Virus record (IMG/VR): IMGVR_UViG_3300046694_000136
Coordinates: 1 to 64,000 of that record
Length of the DNA: 64,000 nucleotides
Strand: one strand, 5' to 3'
A program made the translations under genes and the position numbers. Each line of letters begins with the position of its first letter. The stretch's first letter is position 1. Shown piece by piece: positions 35,891 to 45,431 of the stretch. Below the pieces are notes generated by a model. That model had not been told where the DNA came from and made no database searches. It saw nothing but the letters and a program-made list of their open reading frames with translations.

Positions 35891-38800
35891 CGCCTATTCT
35901 TTATAACGACTTCTTCCGGACTATGGTCCTACGGAAGAAGCAGGATCTGGTTAATCCAGTTTTCCATGGCATCAGTGAAGTCAACTTACCGAAAAACAGC
36001 TTGCTGCAATTCGTTCCTAAGAACCCAGCTGATTACGGCCCAAGTAACAGTGAAGCGTTCATCAGCAACTATCCGGCGGAGATCTACATTGACTTCGTGC
36101 AGGACCTGCTGCATCCAGTAATGGGTAATGGTCGGGTCGCTACCTTCGATCTGAAGAAAGCGATCAGTAACTATCGTGCCGGTCATTACAACTACAACTG
36201 GACTCGTGACATCACCACGGTGTACGAGAAGGAACGTGTACTGGTTGTCCGTAACTACGGCCTGATTCCTCATCGGTTCATTTATCGTGCAAGTCTGTAC
36301 GTGAACTATGAGAAGTACTACAACCAGATGGCGATGGTTATTGAGGGGATCAACAAGGAAGCCGAACGTGGGAACCGTCACCAGTTCCTGCGCATTGAGC
36401 TTCCACTGAACCTGCCTAGTTTTACGGAGTTGTTCGACGACTACCGTTTGCTGATTAAGAGTTTTAAAGACGGGTTGCCAGTATTGAGCCCGCAAGTGAT
36501 CGGCGCTACTAAAGCCGAGAACACTTATTGGTTACTAGACCTGTTGGGTTGGTTGTTGGGTCAGTCTGAGTTTACCCTGTTTGGGAAAATCAGCGAGAAG
36601 GCCTTGGGGGATCTGCACTTCATCTTCACTTACCAAAGCAAGGCGCTGGTGTTGAAAGCCAGTCTTGTGAAGGAGTGGCTGGATGAGGTTGGTTTGAAAC
36701 CCGGTCAAGAGTTTAAAACTCCCCTGCTGGAGCTGGAAGGACTGAAGAGTACCAAGCGGATGAACGTTGTGAAACGTTTCTACTTGGTCTTCCTTACCTT
36801 AACGAGAGACCTGGTTCCTGAGAAAGAAATTGCTAAAGAGGAACAAGGAAATGTCGGAATTGGAGGAGCCGGTGAAACCGGTAACCCGTCGGATTCCAAA
36901 GTGGATCCAGGAACGGCGGGAGAAACGTCGACAGGGCAACGGCAAGGCAACGGAAAAGACGGGAAGCTTCCTGGCTCGGGCCAGCCCCCTGACGCTGGTA
37001 ATGATTCTGGTAATATCCTTGACATTTTCGCTAATGATGCGAAGAACGATCGAGGACTTCCTGAAGCCGAAGGAAGTGCGGGAACGGGAAGTATTGATGA
37101 AGGTGCTGCGGAATGGTCAGCCGAAGTAGCTGACGAGCTGCTGGAGGTTGAAGCTGCCGGCGGTGAGATCAATACCAGCAAGGTGGCTTTCCCTACTCCT
37201 GAGAGCGGCGTGAAGCTGTTGCTGGCTGAACGGGCTCGTGACGGTAAAGTGACTGTTAACGAGCAAGAGTTCTTCATGCGCAAAGGAACGCGCTACCAGC
37301 ACATCGAGATGCCTAACGGTCAAACCTTCTGGGAGTACATTCAAGTCTCTCAAGAAGAACTCGATGGCTTGGCGAAGGAATCGAAGATCGAGGCTAACAT
37401 CGCCACGGTTACCGACGAGAGCATGATGTACAGTCGGGCGACTGAACTCAAGAACGGTTACGCCGCTAAGTTCTTGCAGAAAGATATCGGCTCCATGGCA
37501 CTGGCTTTCCAGAACGCCGGCTTTGCAATGAACGACTACCGAGTTGAAAACCACAGCAGTGTGGAAGGTAGTTACAACGTTCACAGCATTCAGTTCCACC
37601 ACGTTAACGGTGATCAGACAACTATCCATCCACGCTTCCCTGTGGTGAATGACGATGGCAGTTTCATCATTGACAGCGTTAAGCAGCACTTCCAGTTGCA
37701 GCGTAAGGAACGAGTCTTCCGCAAGATCTCCTCGTGGGAAGTAGCACTGACTACCTACTACGACCGTAAGCTGATGATTACCAGAAGTCGAAAGGTTGTC
37801 GACGATCTGGAGAAGTTCATGGTTAAACAGATTGCCCTGCAAAGCAAGGTTAAGAAGTACACCTTCAGTAAGGGCGGTAAGTTTGACCGTAGTTACAAAG
37901 CCCCTCGTATCTACTCCATGTTGGCTAAGCAGTACAAGTCCATCACGGTTGGTGATACGGTTCTGGATTTCAACGTAGCTGCACTGCTGGAGAAACATCC
38001 AGACTTCAAGAAGTACACCAAGGAGGATCGCTTCCTGATTGGTGTGAGTGGTGATGAACCACTGACCATCGATGACTACGGCAACCTCTACAAAGGGGAT
38101 ACCAGCACTGGTACCGTAGAAAGCCTGTTGGGTGTAGACCTGACCAAGGCTCCGTTGGAACATGCACTTATCAACATCAGTGGGTATCAATTCCCGTTGG
38201 GCGTTGTACTGTGCTACTACTTCGGCATTGATGAACTGTTGAAGGTTATTAAGGCCACGACTCGTAGCGTTCCTATCACTACCCGTCTGAAACTGGAAAG
38301 CGATGAGTTCGCGATCAAGTTCAACGACCAGTATCTGGTAATGAGTCGTCGTGAGAAACTGACCACCATGATTTTTGGTGGCATGCCTAAACTAACCAAC
38401 ATTAGTAACTTCAGTAAGTCGGACTTGAACAACAACACCATCTGGACCGCATTGATGGGCGATGCTCGGGTACGTCCTGCTCAGTTCCAAGAGATGAACA
38501 ACCTTTATAAGCTGTTCCTTGACCCGATCGCTCGGGAAGAGTTGCGGAAGTACAAGTTGCCTGACTCGTTCCACTATCTGCTGATCGAGGCTGCTAAGGT
38601 CCTAGGGACTGACTACAGCCGTCATGAGGTGGAGATTGAGGAACAACGCTTCGTGGGCTATGAGCGTTTCGCAGGGCTGTTCTATCGGGAGTTGTGTAAG
38701 GCTAACCGTCAGTTCCAGAACAAGGGTACTGGCCGTCGTCACAAACTGGACTTCAACCCGGATGCCGTTATCATCGCTATTGGTGAAGACAACTCCGGTC

Positions 38801-40221
38801 AACAGGTGGAAGAGGTTAACCCTGTTCACCAAGTGAAGGATCAGGAGGAGGTTACCTTTGGTGGTACTGGTGGTCGTAACGAGATTACAGTGGTTAAGCG
38901 AGCTCGTACCCAACTGGTCAGCTATCAGGGTCGTATCTCTGAGGCGAACAAGGACAGTGGCAAAGTTGGCTTCGTAACGTACACCAGTTCTGATCCAGCG
39001 GTTATCGACTACCGTGGGAACATGGACCTGAACAAGCCACGGACTCCTTGTGGTGATGGTTCGGTTACAATGAACCTGATGTACGGCGGTCGTCACGATG
39101 ATGCAAAACGTGCGGTGTTTACTTCGACGCAGTGGAGTCAGGCGATCAGTGCTAGCAACTATGGCATTGTGTCTCTCCGTACCGGTTATGAAAACGTTCT
39201 CCCTCACCGGACTTCTGAGCTGTACAGTAAGGTTGCGAAAGCTAACGGTACTGTTACTGAAGTCAAAGACGACGAGTTGGTAATTACCTACGACGATAAG
39301 TCTGTGGACCGTTACCCGCTGGGCTTGTACGTCGGCGAAGCAAGTGGTGAATACCATCGACACACTCGTGTTACCGATATGAAAGTCGGTGATAGCTTCA
39401 AGAAGGGTGACGTTGTTGGTTGGAACGACAACTGGTTCATGCGCGATCACTTCTGCCCGGGTCAAGTGGGTCTGAAAGGTGGGTTCATGGTTCGCGTAGG
39501 TCTGTTCGAGGACCAAGACACCTATGAAGACTCCATCGCAATCAGCAGTCGGATTGCGAATGAAACACTGATCCCGTATATCAAACCTACCCCCTTCACG
39601 ATGAACATTGGGTTTAACCTGGTCATGAGGGCTAAAGTAGGGGACGAGATCGAGCAAGACTCGATTTTATGCGATATTGAAGAACCGCATTTGGTGGAGG
39701 GAAATCATGATGCTTCGTTTGTTGCTGAAGTGAACAAGCTGGGCATCAAGCAAGTCAGAGCGACACACCACGGGAAGATTGTGGATATCCGGGTACAGTA
39801 CAACGGTGCTCTGGAAACCATGTCGGAATCGGTACGTCAGTTCGTTGCTAAAGCGAACAAGTTGACTAAGCGTCAGAACCAGATCGTCGGGAAGAATGTT
39901 GAAACTAACGCTGTGTCTGGTGTCTTTAACGTTAACCGTCCGAGCATCCAGCCCGATACCCTCTTGGTGATTTTCTTCGTAGAGTCCCTTGATGGTCGTA
40001 CCCGTGCTGACAAGTTCGTATTCGGTAACCAGCTCAAAGCCACGGCAGGTCGAATCATGACCAAGAAGATGTTCACCGAGGACAAGCAAGAGATCGATGC
40101 GAAAACGAGCTTTAAGGCACCTTTCAACCGGATGGTGATTTCCTTCCGCAACCGACTCATTGTGAACGAATGGTCTTTCCAATTCACGAAGCGAGCGATC
40201 GCCGTTTATCGAGGTAATTAA
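35887..40221 (+). CDS. virion RNA polymerase beta N-terminal subunit (phiKZ gp178-like)
   Basis: 1444 aa; RpoB-like NPVHQVKDQEEVTFGGTGGR, DDAKRAVFTSTQ, YEDSIAIS and ADKFVFGNQLKA. Confidence 0.9.
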   Translation: MTPILYNDFFRTMVLRKKQDLVNPVFHGISEVNLPKNSLLQFVPKNPADYGPSNSEAFISNYPAEIYIDFVQDLLHPVMGNGRVATFDLKKAISNYRAGHYNYNWTRDITTVYEKERVLVVRNYGLIPHRFIYRASLYVNYEKYYNQMAMVIEGINKEAERGNRHQFLRIELPLNLPSFTELFDDYRLLIKSFKDGLPVLSPQVIGATKAENTYWLLDLLGWLLGQSEFTLFGKISEKALGDLHFIFTYQSKALVLKASLVKEWLDEVGLKPGQEFKTPLLELEGLKSTKRMNVVKRFYLVFLTLTRDLVPEKEIAKEEQGNVGIGGAGETGNPSDSKVDPGTAGETSTGQRQGNGKDGKLPGSGQPPDAGNDSGNILDIFANDAKNDRGLPEAEGSAGTGSIDEGAAEWSAEVADELLEVEAAGGEINTSKVAFPTPESGVKLLLAERARDGKVTVNEQEFFMRKGTRYQHIEMPNGQTFWEYIQVSQEELDGLAKESKIEANIATVTDESMMYSRATELKNGYAAKFLQKDIGSMALAFQNAGFAMNDYRVENHSSVEGSYNVHSIQFHHVNGDQTTIHPRFPVVNDDGSFIIDSVKQHFQLQRKERVFRKISSWEVALTTYYDRKLMITRSRKVVDDLEKFMVKQIALQSKVKKYTFSKGGKFDRSYKAPRIYSMLAKQYKSITVGDTVLDFNVAALLEKHPDFKKYTKEDRFLIGVSGDEPLTIDDYGNLYKGDTSTGTVESLLGVDLTKAPLEHALINISGYQFPLGVVLCYYFGIDELLKVIKATTRSVPITTRLKLESDEFAIKFNDQYLVMSRREKLTTMIFGGMPKLTNISNFSKSDLNNNTIWTALMGDARVRPAQFQEMNNLYKLFLDPIAREELRKYKLPDSFHYLLIEAAKVLGTDYSRHEVEIEEQRFVGYERFAGLFYRELCKANRQFQNKGTGRRHKLDFNPDAVIIAIGEDNSGQQVEEVNPVHQVKDQEEVTFGGTGGRNEITVVKRARTQLVSYQGRISEANKDSGKVGFVTYTSSDPAVIDYRGNMDLNKPRTPCGDGSVTMNLMYGGRHDDAKRAVFTSTQWSQAISASNYGIVSLRTGYENVLPHRTSELYSKVAKANGTVTEVKDDELVITYDDKSVDRYPLGLYVGEASGEYHRHTRVTDMKVGDSFKKGDVVGWNDNWFMRDHFCPGQVGLKGGFMVRVGLFEDQDTYEDSIAISSRIANETLIPYIKPTPFTMNIGFNLVMRAKVGDEIEQDSILCDIEEPHLVEGNHDASFVAEVNKLGIKQVRATHHGKIVDIRVQYNGALETMSESVRQFVAKANKLTKRQNQIVGKNVETNAVSGVFNVNRPSIQPDTLLVIFFVESLDGRTRADKFVFGNQLKATAGRIMTKKMFTEDKQEIDAKTSFKAPFNRMVISFRNRLIVNEWSFQFTKRAIAVYRGN
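36851..37129 (+). CDS. putative overprinted single-pass membrane protein (92 aa) in the +1 frame of vRNAP betaN
   Basis: AGAGGA SD 8 nt before ATG; 20-residue uncharged stretch (residues 44-63); host-frame Gly codons switch to GGA over this ORF. Confidence 0.6.
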   Translation: MSELEEPVKPVTRRIPKWIQERREKRRQGNGKATEKTGSFLARASPLTLVMILVISLTFSLMMRRTIEDFLKPKEVREREVLMKVLRNGQPK

Positions 40222-40224
40222 GTT

Positions 40225-41139
40225 ATGGACTTCCGTACTCAGAACGGTTTCAAGGACACTCAGGTGATCCTCAAGGAACTGAACCTGTACGGCGGTGATA
40301 TCGACGGCATCTGGGGGTCTAAGTCGGCCTCCGGTGTTGTTGAACTCATGCGCACGTATGCCTCATTCATTGGTCGTGGTATTTTCACTGCGGCCAGCAT
40401 GCCAACCAAAGCCTCGGCTGATGGCAAGAACATTGTTGAACAGCTCCAGCTGTACATGAAAGACCTGGGTGTTTACCTGACCAGTGTTGACGGTACTTGG
40501 GGTAAGGGATCGTTGGGTGGCCTTGAGCTGCTTGCTTCACATTACCGCCGGACCAACAAACTCCCAACCTACGACATGGCTTGGAGCAAGAAGGTCTCGA
40601 AGGAATTCCGTGCAAAGATTTACGCATGGTGTTCTAAGCAGGGTTACGACCCGATCGTTGCCAGTTGGTTGATGGCTTGCATGCACTTCGAGTCGGGCGG
40701 TACTTTCAGTCCGAGCAAACAGAACAACGGTGGGTCTAACTTCTTCGGTCTTATCCAGTTCGGTGAAGATGCTGCTAAAGATCTGGGCACTACCTTGTCT
40801 AAGTTGATTGCCATGTCTCAACTGGAACAGCTCGACTACGTGTTCAAGTACTTCGAGATGTGGGCGAAGCGTGGCAAGAAGTCCACTCAGTTGGAAGACT
40901 TCTACTTGACAATCTTCTACCCGGCTGCTGTTGGTAAGAAGGCTGATACGGCACTGTTCCGTGAACGTACCGCTGAAAACCAAAAGCTCGTCGGTGACTT
41001 CGAAGCCAAAGCGTTCATCCAGAACAAGGGCTTCGATCGGGACAAGGATCGCATCATCACCATTGGTGAGATCTGCACCACTATCTACAACACTTATTAC
41101 ACAGGCATGGATCCAGTCAACCGCCTGCAACTTTCTTAA
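40225..41139 (+). CDS. modular endolysin: two PG-binding repeats plus a lytic transglycosylase domain (EL188-like)
   Basis: IDGIWG and VDGTWG repeats; catalytic HFES; GLIQF; QLDYVFKYF. Confidence 0.9.
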   Translation: MDFRTQNGFKDTQVILKELNLYGGDIDGIWGSKSASGVVELMRTYASFIGRGIFTAASMPTKASADGKNIVEQLQLYMKDLGVYLTSVDGTWGKGSLGGLELLASHYRRTNKLPTYDMAWSKKVSKEFRAKIYAWCSKQGYDPIVASWLMACMHFESGGTFSPSKQNNGGSNFFGLIQFGEDAAKDLGTTLSKLIAMSQLEQLDYVFKYFEMWAKRGKKSTQLEDFYLTIFYPAAVGKKADTALFRERTAENQKLVGDFEAKAFIQNKGFDRDKDRIITIGEICTTIYNTYYTGMDPVNRLQLS

Positions 41140-41151
41140 GGACGTCTCCTC

Positions 41152-41334
41152 ATGACCCCTACCCAGATCAACAACGTGATCACGATCGCCAACTCCGTGG
41201 CCTTCATCCGCAAGACCATCGAAAAGGTCGGGCTGGAATACATCGCGCCGCTGGATCCTGCTGAGCAATCGGAAAAGATCAGCAAAGCCCTCAACCATAA
41301 GGTTCAATCCTCCCTGATTAAGGATCCTCAATAA
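41152..41334 (+). CDS. small hypothetical protein (60 aa)
   Basis: AAGGA SD; TAATG overlap with the next gene. Confidence 0.7.
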   Translation: MTPTQINNVITIANSVAFIRKTIEKVGLEYIAPLDPAEQSEKISKALNHKVQSSLIKDPQ

Positions 41335-42911
41335 TGCTCAGTAAAGACGATTTGATTCTCGCGCAACTGATCTCTAGCGGTCTGCCCGAGAACATTGAGG
41401 TGAAAGCCTCCGGCATCATTGCAGGGTTGAACGAAGTCAGTTACGCAGTTAGCCCGTACGCACCGACTGCTTTGATTGACCAAGCGATGGAAGTCACCCG
41501 CAACCTGACGCCCCACAACGACGTCATGGAACTGGCCACCACTGAAATGGCGAAAGTCGTTCGTGGTGCTTTCGACATGGTCAAGACCTACGGCGTTCCG
41601 ATGGCTCTGGCTATCGCTGACGGCGTGAGCTGTCTGTACTCGATGGAATCGGTTCTCCGCACCATTCGTTCGGAACTGGACATCAAGTACATCAATGTTG
41701 ACGATCCACTGTTCAACTTGGGTATCTACCCGGTACAAGTGGCCAACAAGTCACTGTCTTTCGAGTCGGTCAACTTCGGCATGCTGGAACGCCTGAAGTT
41801 CGGTTACGTCTCGGACTCCGACCTGGTCGAGTGGGTCAACAGCAAACACCCTGAGATCGTTGCTGTGCTGGAAGACAAATCCACCAGTACCTACACCGCT
41901 CTCTGGAACATGACCAGTCCTGACGGCATGCGCGGCGTCTTCAAGGTAATGGAAAACGGCCAGATCAACTTCGCCGACATCCGTACCATCGACGTTCCGT
42001 TGCTGATGAAGATGTTCGTCATCGCTTCGAAGATGTTCATGACCGACAAGCCAGTGCCTTGGCTGGAAGAAGGTTCGCTGGAAGACTACCGTGAGTTCAC
42101 CAGTTTGATCTGGAACGGTATCTCCCGCTACCTGATCGGTCTGAAGCATATCACCGGCCTGTACCGTGCCCGTGAGATGGTGATCACTGACGTTACTCCG
42201 GTACGTTACAAAGAGATCACTCCTCACGAAGCGCTGGGCGTTAAAGTGAATGTGGTTGAAGGCAAGGTACTGGTGTTCTACACCGGTGCAATCATGCGCG
42301 CTATCACCGAGAGCGGTACTGCCATCAGCGACGTAACGGTGGCTTACCTGTACTCCCGTGTTAAAGGCAAGAGCTTCAGCCTGAGCGAGCTGGCCAACAA
42401 CAAGCTGCGTGTAAGCGAACTGATGTCCCAGTACGTTGACGAAGTTTCGGGCGTTATCCACAACCGCGCCAAGGATGTCTTCTGTGAAAGTGCAGCGATC
42501 GCTATCGCTCAGTTCATTGATGGCAACCAAGCCGCCAAGGAAGCGCTGTACACCTCGATCGGCGAGAAGGGTAGCATGACTGCCACTGTCGTCCGTCAAC
42601 GTCTGGGAGCGGCTATCAGCAAGCTCTACAGCATCTACAGTTCCCGTGTCGGTAAGAACGACGAACTGGTTGCTGAAGCCGACGGCGGCAGTACTCAGAC
42701 TCTGATCGGTGAACGTAAGAAAGAGTGCATCAACATCATTCTTTCCACTGACATCGTTCCGGTGTTCCTGAACCTGCTGGGTTGCAACATGGCTGCTGCG
42801 ATCATCGCCGCTACCTACGTGACTCAGGACAAGGTCTTCACTGCCGTGGATGAGCGTAAGCAACTCCACTGCGCCTTGATTCAGGTAATGGCAAACCTTT
42901 CCCTGGAGTAA
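41334..42911 (+). CDS. virion head protein (phiKZ gp177-like by synteny)
   Basis: 525 aa; strong codon bias; lies between the vRNAP betaN and beta'C genes. Confidence 0.6.
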   Translation: MLSKDDLILAQLISSGLPENIEVKASGIIAGLNEVSYAVSPYAPTALIDQAMEVTRNLTPHNDVMELATTEMAKVVRGAFDMVKTYGVPMALAIADGVSCLYSMESVLRTIRSELDIKYINVDDPLFNLGIYPVQVANKSLSFESVNFGMLERLKFGYVSDSDLVEWVNSKHPEIVAVLEDKSTSTYTALWNMTSPDGMRGVFKVMENGQINFADIRTIDVPLLMKMFVIASKMFMTDKPVPWLEEGSLEDYREFTSLIWNGISRYLIGLKHITGLYRAREMVITDVTPVRYKEITPHEALGVKVNVVEGKVLVFYTGAIMRAITESGTAISDVTVAYLYSRVKGKSFSLSELANNKLRVSELMSQYVDEVSGVIHNRAKDVFCESAAIAIAQFIDGNQAAKEALYTSIGEKGSMTATVVRQRLGAAISKLYSIYSSRVGKNDELVAEADGGSTQTLIGERKKECINIILSTDIVPVFLNLLGCNMAAAIIAATYVTQDKVFTAVDERKQLHCALIQVMANLSLE

Positions 42912-42914
42912 GGT

Positions 42915-43640
42915 ATGGACGTTGGCTCTCTGGTCAGGGACCGAGCCAAGATCAAGAAAGCTTATACGGTTCAAGATGACTTCTCAGTTATTGCGAACCG
43001 TACGCTCGAAGTACACATTCCTCGACGGTTTGTGGAGAACGGGTTTACTACTCTCGATAACCATGTGTCGTCTACAGTGGTAATGGGCATTGTGATACCG
43101 GGGGAGTGCTACACTCCTCTGATTGCTTTGGCTGACTTGATTCTGGCTCCGTCTGGTATTCGTGATGTAATGATTAATGGAGTGCCGTACGTTATTCTGG
43201 AGTTTGAAGAAGGGGACACGTTGTTCGAAACCCTTCACTACATTCAAGACCCCAACAAGAACTACGGTTACTTCATGGAGTTTAACTTCTACGCTAAACT
43301 CCCTTGGTACATGAGCGATGATGATTTCACGTCCTTGTATGACCATGCAGCCCAGCAGTGTGGTGCTGAAATGGGGGGTACTCCTGAGCATATGCGCGTT
43401 TATGCGTCGTTGCAGATGCGAGACCCTGACAACTTGGACAACCAGTACCGTAACAGTAAAGCAATGTTGGAAGGACGCCCTGCGGTTATTGTAGGGCTTA
43501 ATAACGGTGCCATGTTGATTGATGGTACTATTCCGAAGTTGACGGGTGGTTATCTGCAAGACAACACCATTGCAGCGATCGTTAATCCGGATACCAAAGT
43601 CACTGACCTCGAGAAGATTCTCAAAGGAGTTCCGGGATGA
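42915..43640 (+). CDS. virion RNA polymerase beta' C-terminal subunit (phiKZ gp176-like)
   Basis: HMRVYASLQMR...IVGLNNGAM...DLEKILKG resembles RpoC HIEVIVRQMLR...LLGITKASL...LKENVIVG; directly precedes the protease. Confidence 0.7.
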   Translation: MDVGSLVRDRAKIKKAYTVQDDFSVIANRTLEVHIPRRFVENGFTTLDNHVSSTVVMGIVIPGECYTPLIALADLILAPSGIRDVMINGVPYVILEFEEGDTLFETLHYIQDPNKNYGYFMEFNFYAKLPWYMSDDDFTSLYDHAAQQCGAEMGGTPEHMRVYASLQMRDPDNLDNQYRNSKAMLEGRPAVIVGLNNGAMLIDGTIPKLTGGYLQDNTIAAIVNPDTKVTDLEKILKGVPG

Positions 43641-44494
43641 GTCAAATTATTACACTGGGGAACACTATCCTCGGTCCGGGTAAACGGGGGATGCTCAAGC
43701 CTCTCTCCGATGGCTCGGGTTACTATCGCATGCCAGGTGGTGGGTTCAACATTCCTAACCGTCACGGGGTCACGTATCCCATGAACGATTACCTGAAGGA
43801 GTGCATGGGGCAGGATAGCGATTTCGAACGCCGTATTAAAGACGGTCAGATGTTCTCGGAATTGGATCACCCTAAGCCTTACTACAACTTGGTTATTGGC
43901 GGGCAGATTGTCCGTAAAGAGATCACCGAGCTGTGGGAGTGGGTGAACCGTCTGAAGATGATCGACATGGACAACATTGCCGGTCACATCCGCAAGATCA
44001 TCTGGGATACCACCAAAGGTATGTCGGGTGCTGTACTGTGGGACGTCGAGATCTGCCCATTCGGCGATAAGAAGTGGTTCCTGGAAGAAAGCCTGCCAAA
44101 CCCTGACATCAACACCGCTCTGAGTGTTCGTACAGTAACCACGCCAATGAAAACGGGTGATACTACTCGTAACGTGGAATACTGGAGCACTGTGGACGTT
44201 GTTCCTGAGCAAGGCGTGCTGCGTGCCTGCAAACACCTCAGTGCCGGCATGGAAAGCTTCCTCACCTCGTTCCGCCCAAGCGATATCGCTCAGGACGTCT
44301 ACGAGACCACTGTGGACGAGCTGATCTACATCTGCGACAAGAAGATCAACAACCCGGCAGTTAAAGAGCAGTACGCCGGTAACGAGAGCTTCAACCAAGT
44401 CGTCAAAATGGTTGAGCACTTCAAGAACACCGTTGGTCGCGGTCGTGCTCCTGCTGTACTGGTTAACGCCAACAGCCTGGGTGCTTTCCGTTAA
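43637..44494 (+). CDS. prohead (head maturation) protease (phiKZ gp175 / T4 gp21-like)
   Basis: SELDHP, AGHI and ALSVRT motifs; C-terminal AGME and AGNE possible autocleavage sites. Confidence 0.8.
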   Translation: MSQIITLGNTILGPGKRGMLKPLSDGSGYYRMPGGGFNIPNRHGVTYPMNDYLKECMGQDSDFERRIKDGQMFSELDHPKPYYNLVIGGQIVRKEITELWEWVNRLKMIDMDNIAGHIRKIIWDTTKGMSGAVLWDVEICPFGDKKWFLEESLPNPDINTALSVRTVTTPMKTGDTTRNVEYWSTVDVVPEQGVLRACKHLSAGMESFLTSFRPSDIAQDVYETTVDELIYICDKKINNPAVKEQYAGNESFNQVVKMVEHFKNTVGRGRAPAVLVNANSLGAFR

Positions 44495-44509
44495 GTAACC
44501 TACTTACCT

Positions 44510-44551
44510 CCTAGAGTCGGTCACCCGACTCTAGGGGTTGAGTGTTCTTTT
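44510..44551 (+). terminator. Rho-independent terminator
   Basis: 11-bp stem CCTAGAGTCGG/CCGACTCTAGG with a downstream T-rich run. Confidence 0.75.
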
Positions 44552-44564
44552 GCTGCAATTTCAT

Positions 44565-44572
44565 TATATTGC
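44565..44572 (+). promoter_or_regulatory. TATATTGC, one-mismatch early promoter motif
   Basis: Between the terminator and the first accessory gene (44600). Confidence 0.45.
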
Positions 44573-44599
44573 GAATAATCACATTTAAAGGATTTCTTC

Positions 44600-45277
44600 A
44601 TGTCTCCAGCTATCAGCAAGCGTCTCAACTTCATCTCTGGTGTTATGCGTCTTCGTGGTGCTTTCCACGCCGTTAACACTGTAGCGGCGTTGCATGAAGC
44701 CTCGAAGCAGGAATGGTTGCGCTGCATCAATCCCGATGACGACACCAACTACATCACTGAATTCCAACTGGATGGTCGTAAGACTGACGCGGTCATCAAT
44801 TACACCACCAAGCTGGCTGCGATCTACATGAACGCTACCGGCGCTCTCCCGGGCACTCTGTCGAAAGAAACGCTGGCCTCCGACAACGTTATCACCATGG
44901 CCATCATTCGTCGTCTGACTGGTATCCAGATCAAGAACAACGAAGAAATGTTCACGCACGTCGCTACCCGTCTGCTGGGCATCGACAGTGCGCTGGTGAA
45001 AGCCGGTATGACCACTGACGAAGTGCGTTACTCGTTGCTGGTTACTTATCTGGTGGACGCACTGGGTGAAGAGTTCACCGAAGACAGTCTGGCAACCCTG
45101 AGCGGTTACATCGTGAAGTTCGGTGTCAACGGTCAGCTCACCGACAAGTTCTTCACCCGCCTCCTCGAAGAAGGCGAGCAGTTCTACGCCGATCAGCCGG
45201 ACAGCATCAGCGACGCTATCGACGTTATCGATCTGCTGGTTGACCGTATTGCCGGTGACAGCAAGTTCGTAGGCTAA
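44600..45277 (+). CDS. hypothetical protein (225 aa)
   Basis: AAAGGA SD; strong codon bias. Confidence 0.85.
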   Translation: MSPAISKRLNFISGVMRLRGAFHAVNTVAALHEASKQEWLRCINPDDDTNYITEFQLDGRKTDAVINYTTKLAAIYMNATGALPGTLSKETLASDNVITMAIIRRLTGIQIKNNEEMFTHVATRLLGIDSALVKAGMTTDEVRYSLLVTYLVDALGEEFTEDSLATLSGYIVKFGVNGQLTDKFFTRLLEEGEQFYADQPDSISDAIDVIDLLVDRIAGDSKFVG

Positions 45278-45290
45278 ATATTTTCAAGCC

Positions 45291-45298
45291 TACATTAC
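45291..45298 (+). promoter_or_regulatory. TACATTAC, one-mismatch early promoter motif
   Basis: Preceded by CC like the other copies; immediately upstream of a structured leader. Confidence 0.5.
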
Positions 45299-45299
45299 T

Positions 45300-45370
45300 A
45301 GGGTGACCAAGATCGGAGCCATCCGACAAGGGAATACACCAATCCCTTGGCTTACGCTTTAGGTCATCCT
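45300..45370 (+). ncRNA. putative structured 5' leader or small RNA (multi-branch junction)
   Basis: 9-bp closing stem 45300-08/45362-70 enclosing abutting 5-bp and 7-bp hairpins. Confidence 0.4.
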
Positions 45371-45431
45371 TTGTTACTCGCGGAATTCTCAAAGAAGAAT
45401 AACCGTTACATTTACCTTATGGAGTTTCACA

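Noticed and set aside
34265-40221. Group I intron or homing endonuclease in the vRNAP genes, as known in some phiKZ relatives
   Set aside because: Both reading frames are continuous and overlap by ATGA; no HNH/GIY-YIG ORF or extra intein motifs were seen.
45300-45370. Cloverleaf as a tRNA gene
   Set aside because: No GTTC T-loop, no D-loop GG, a 9-nt central loop and no CCA; kept only as a structured-RNA candidate.
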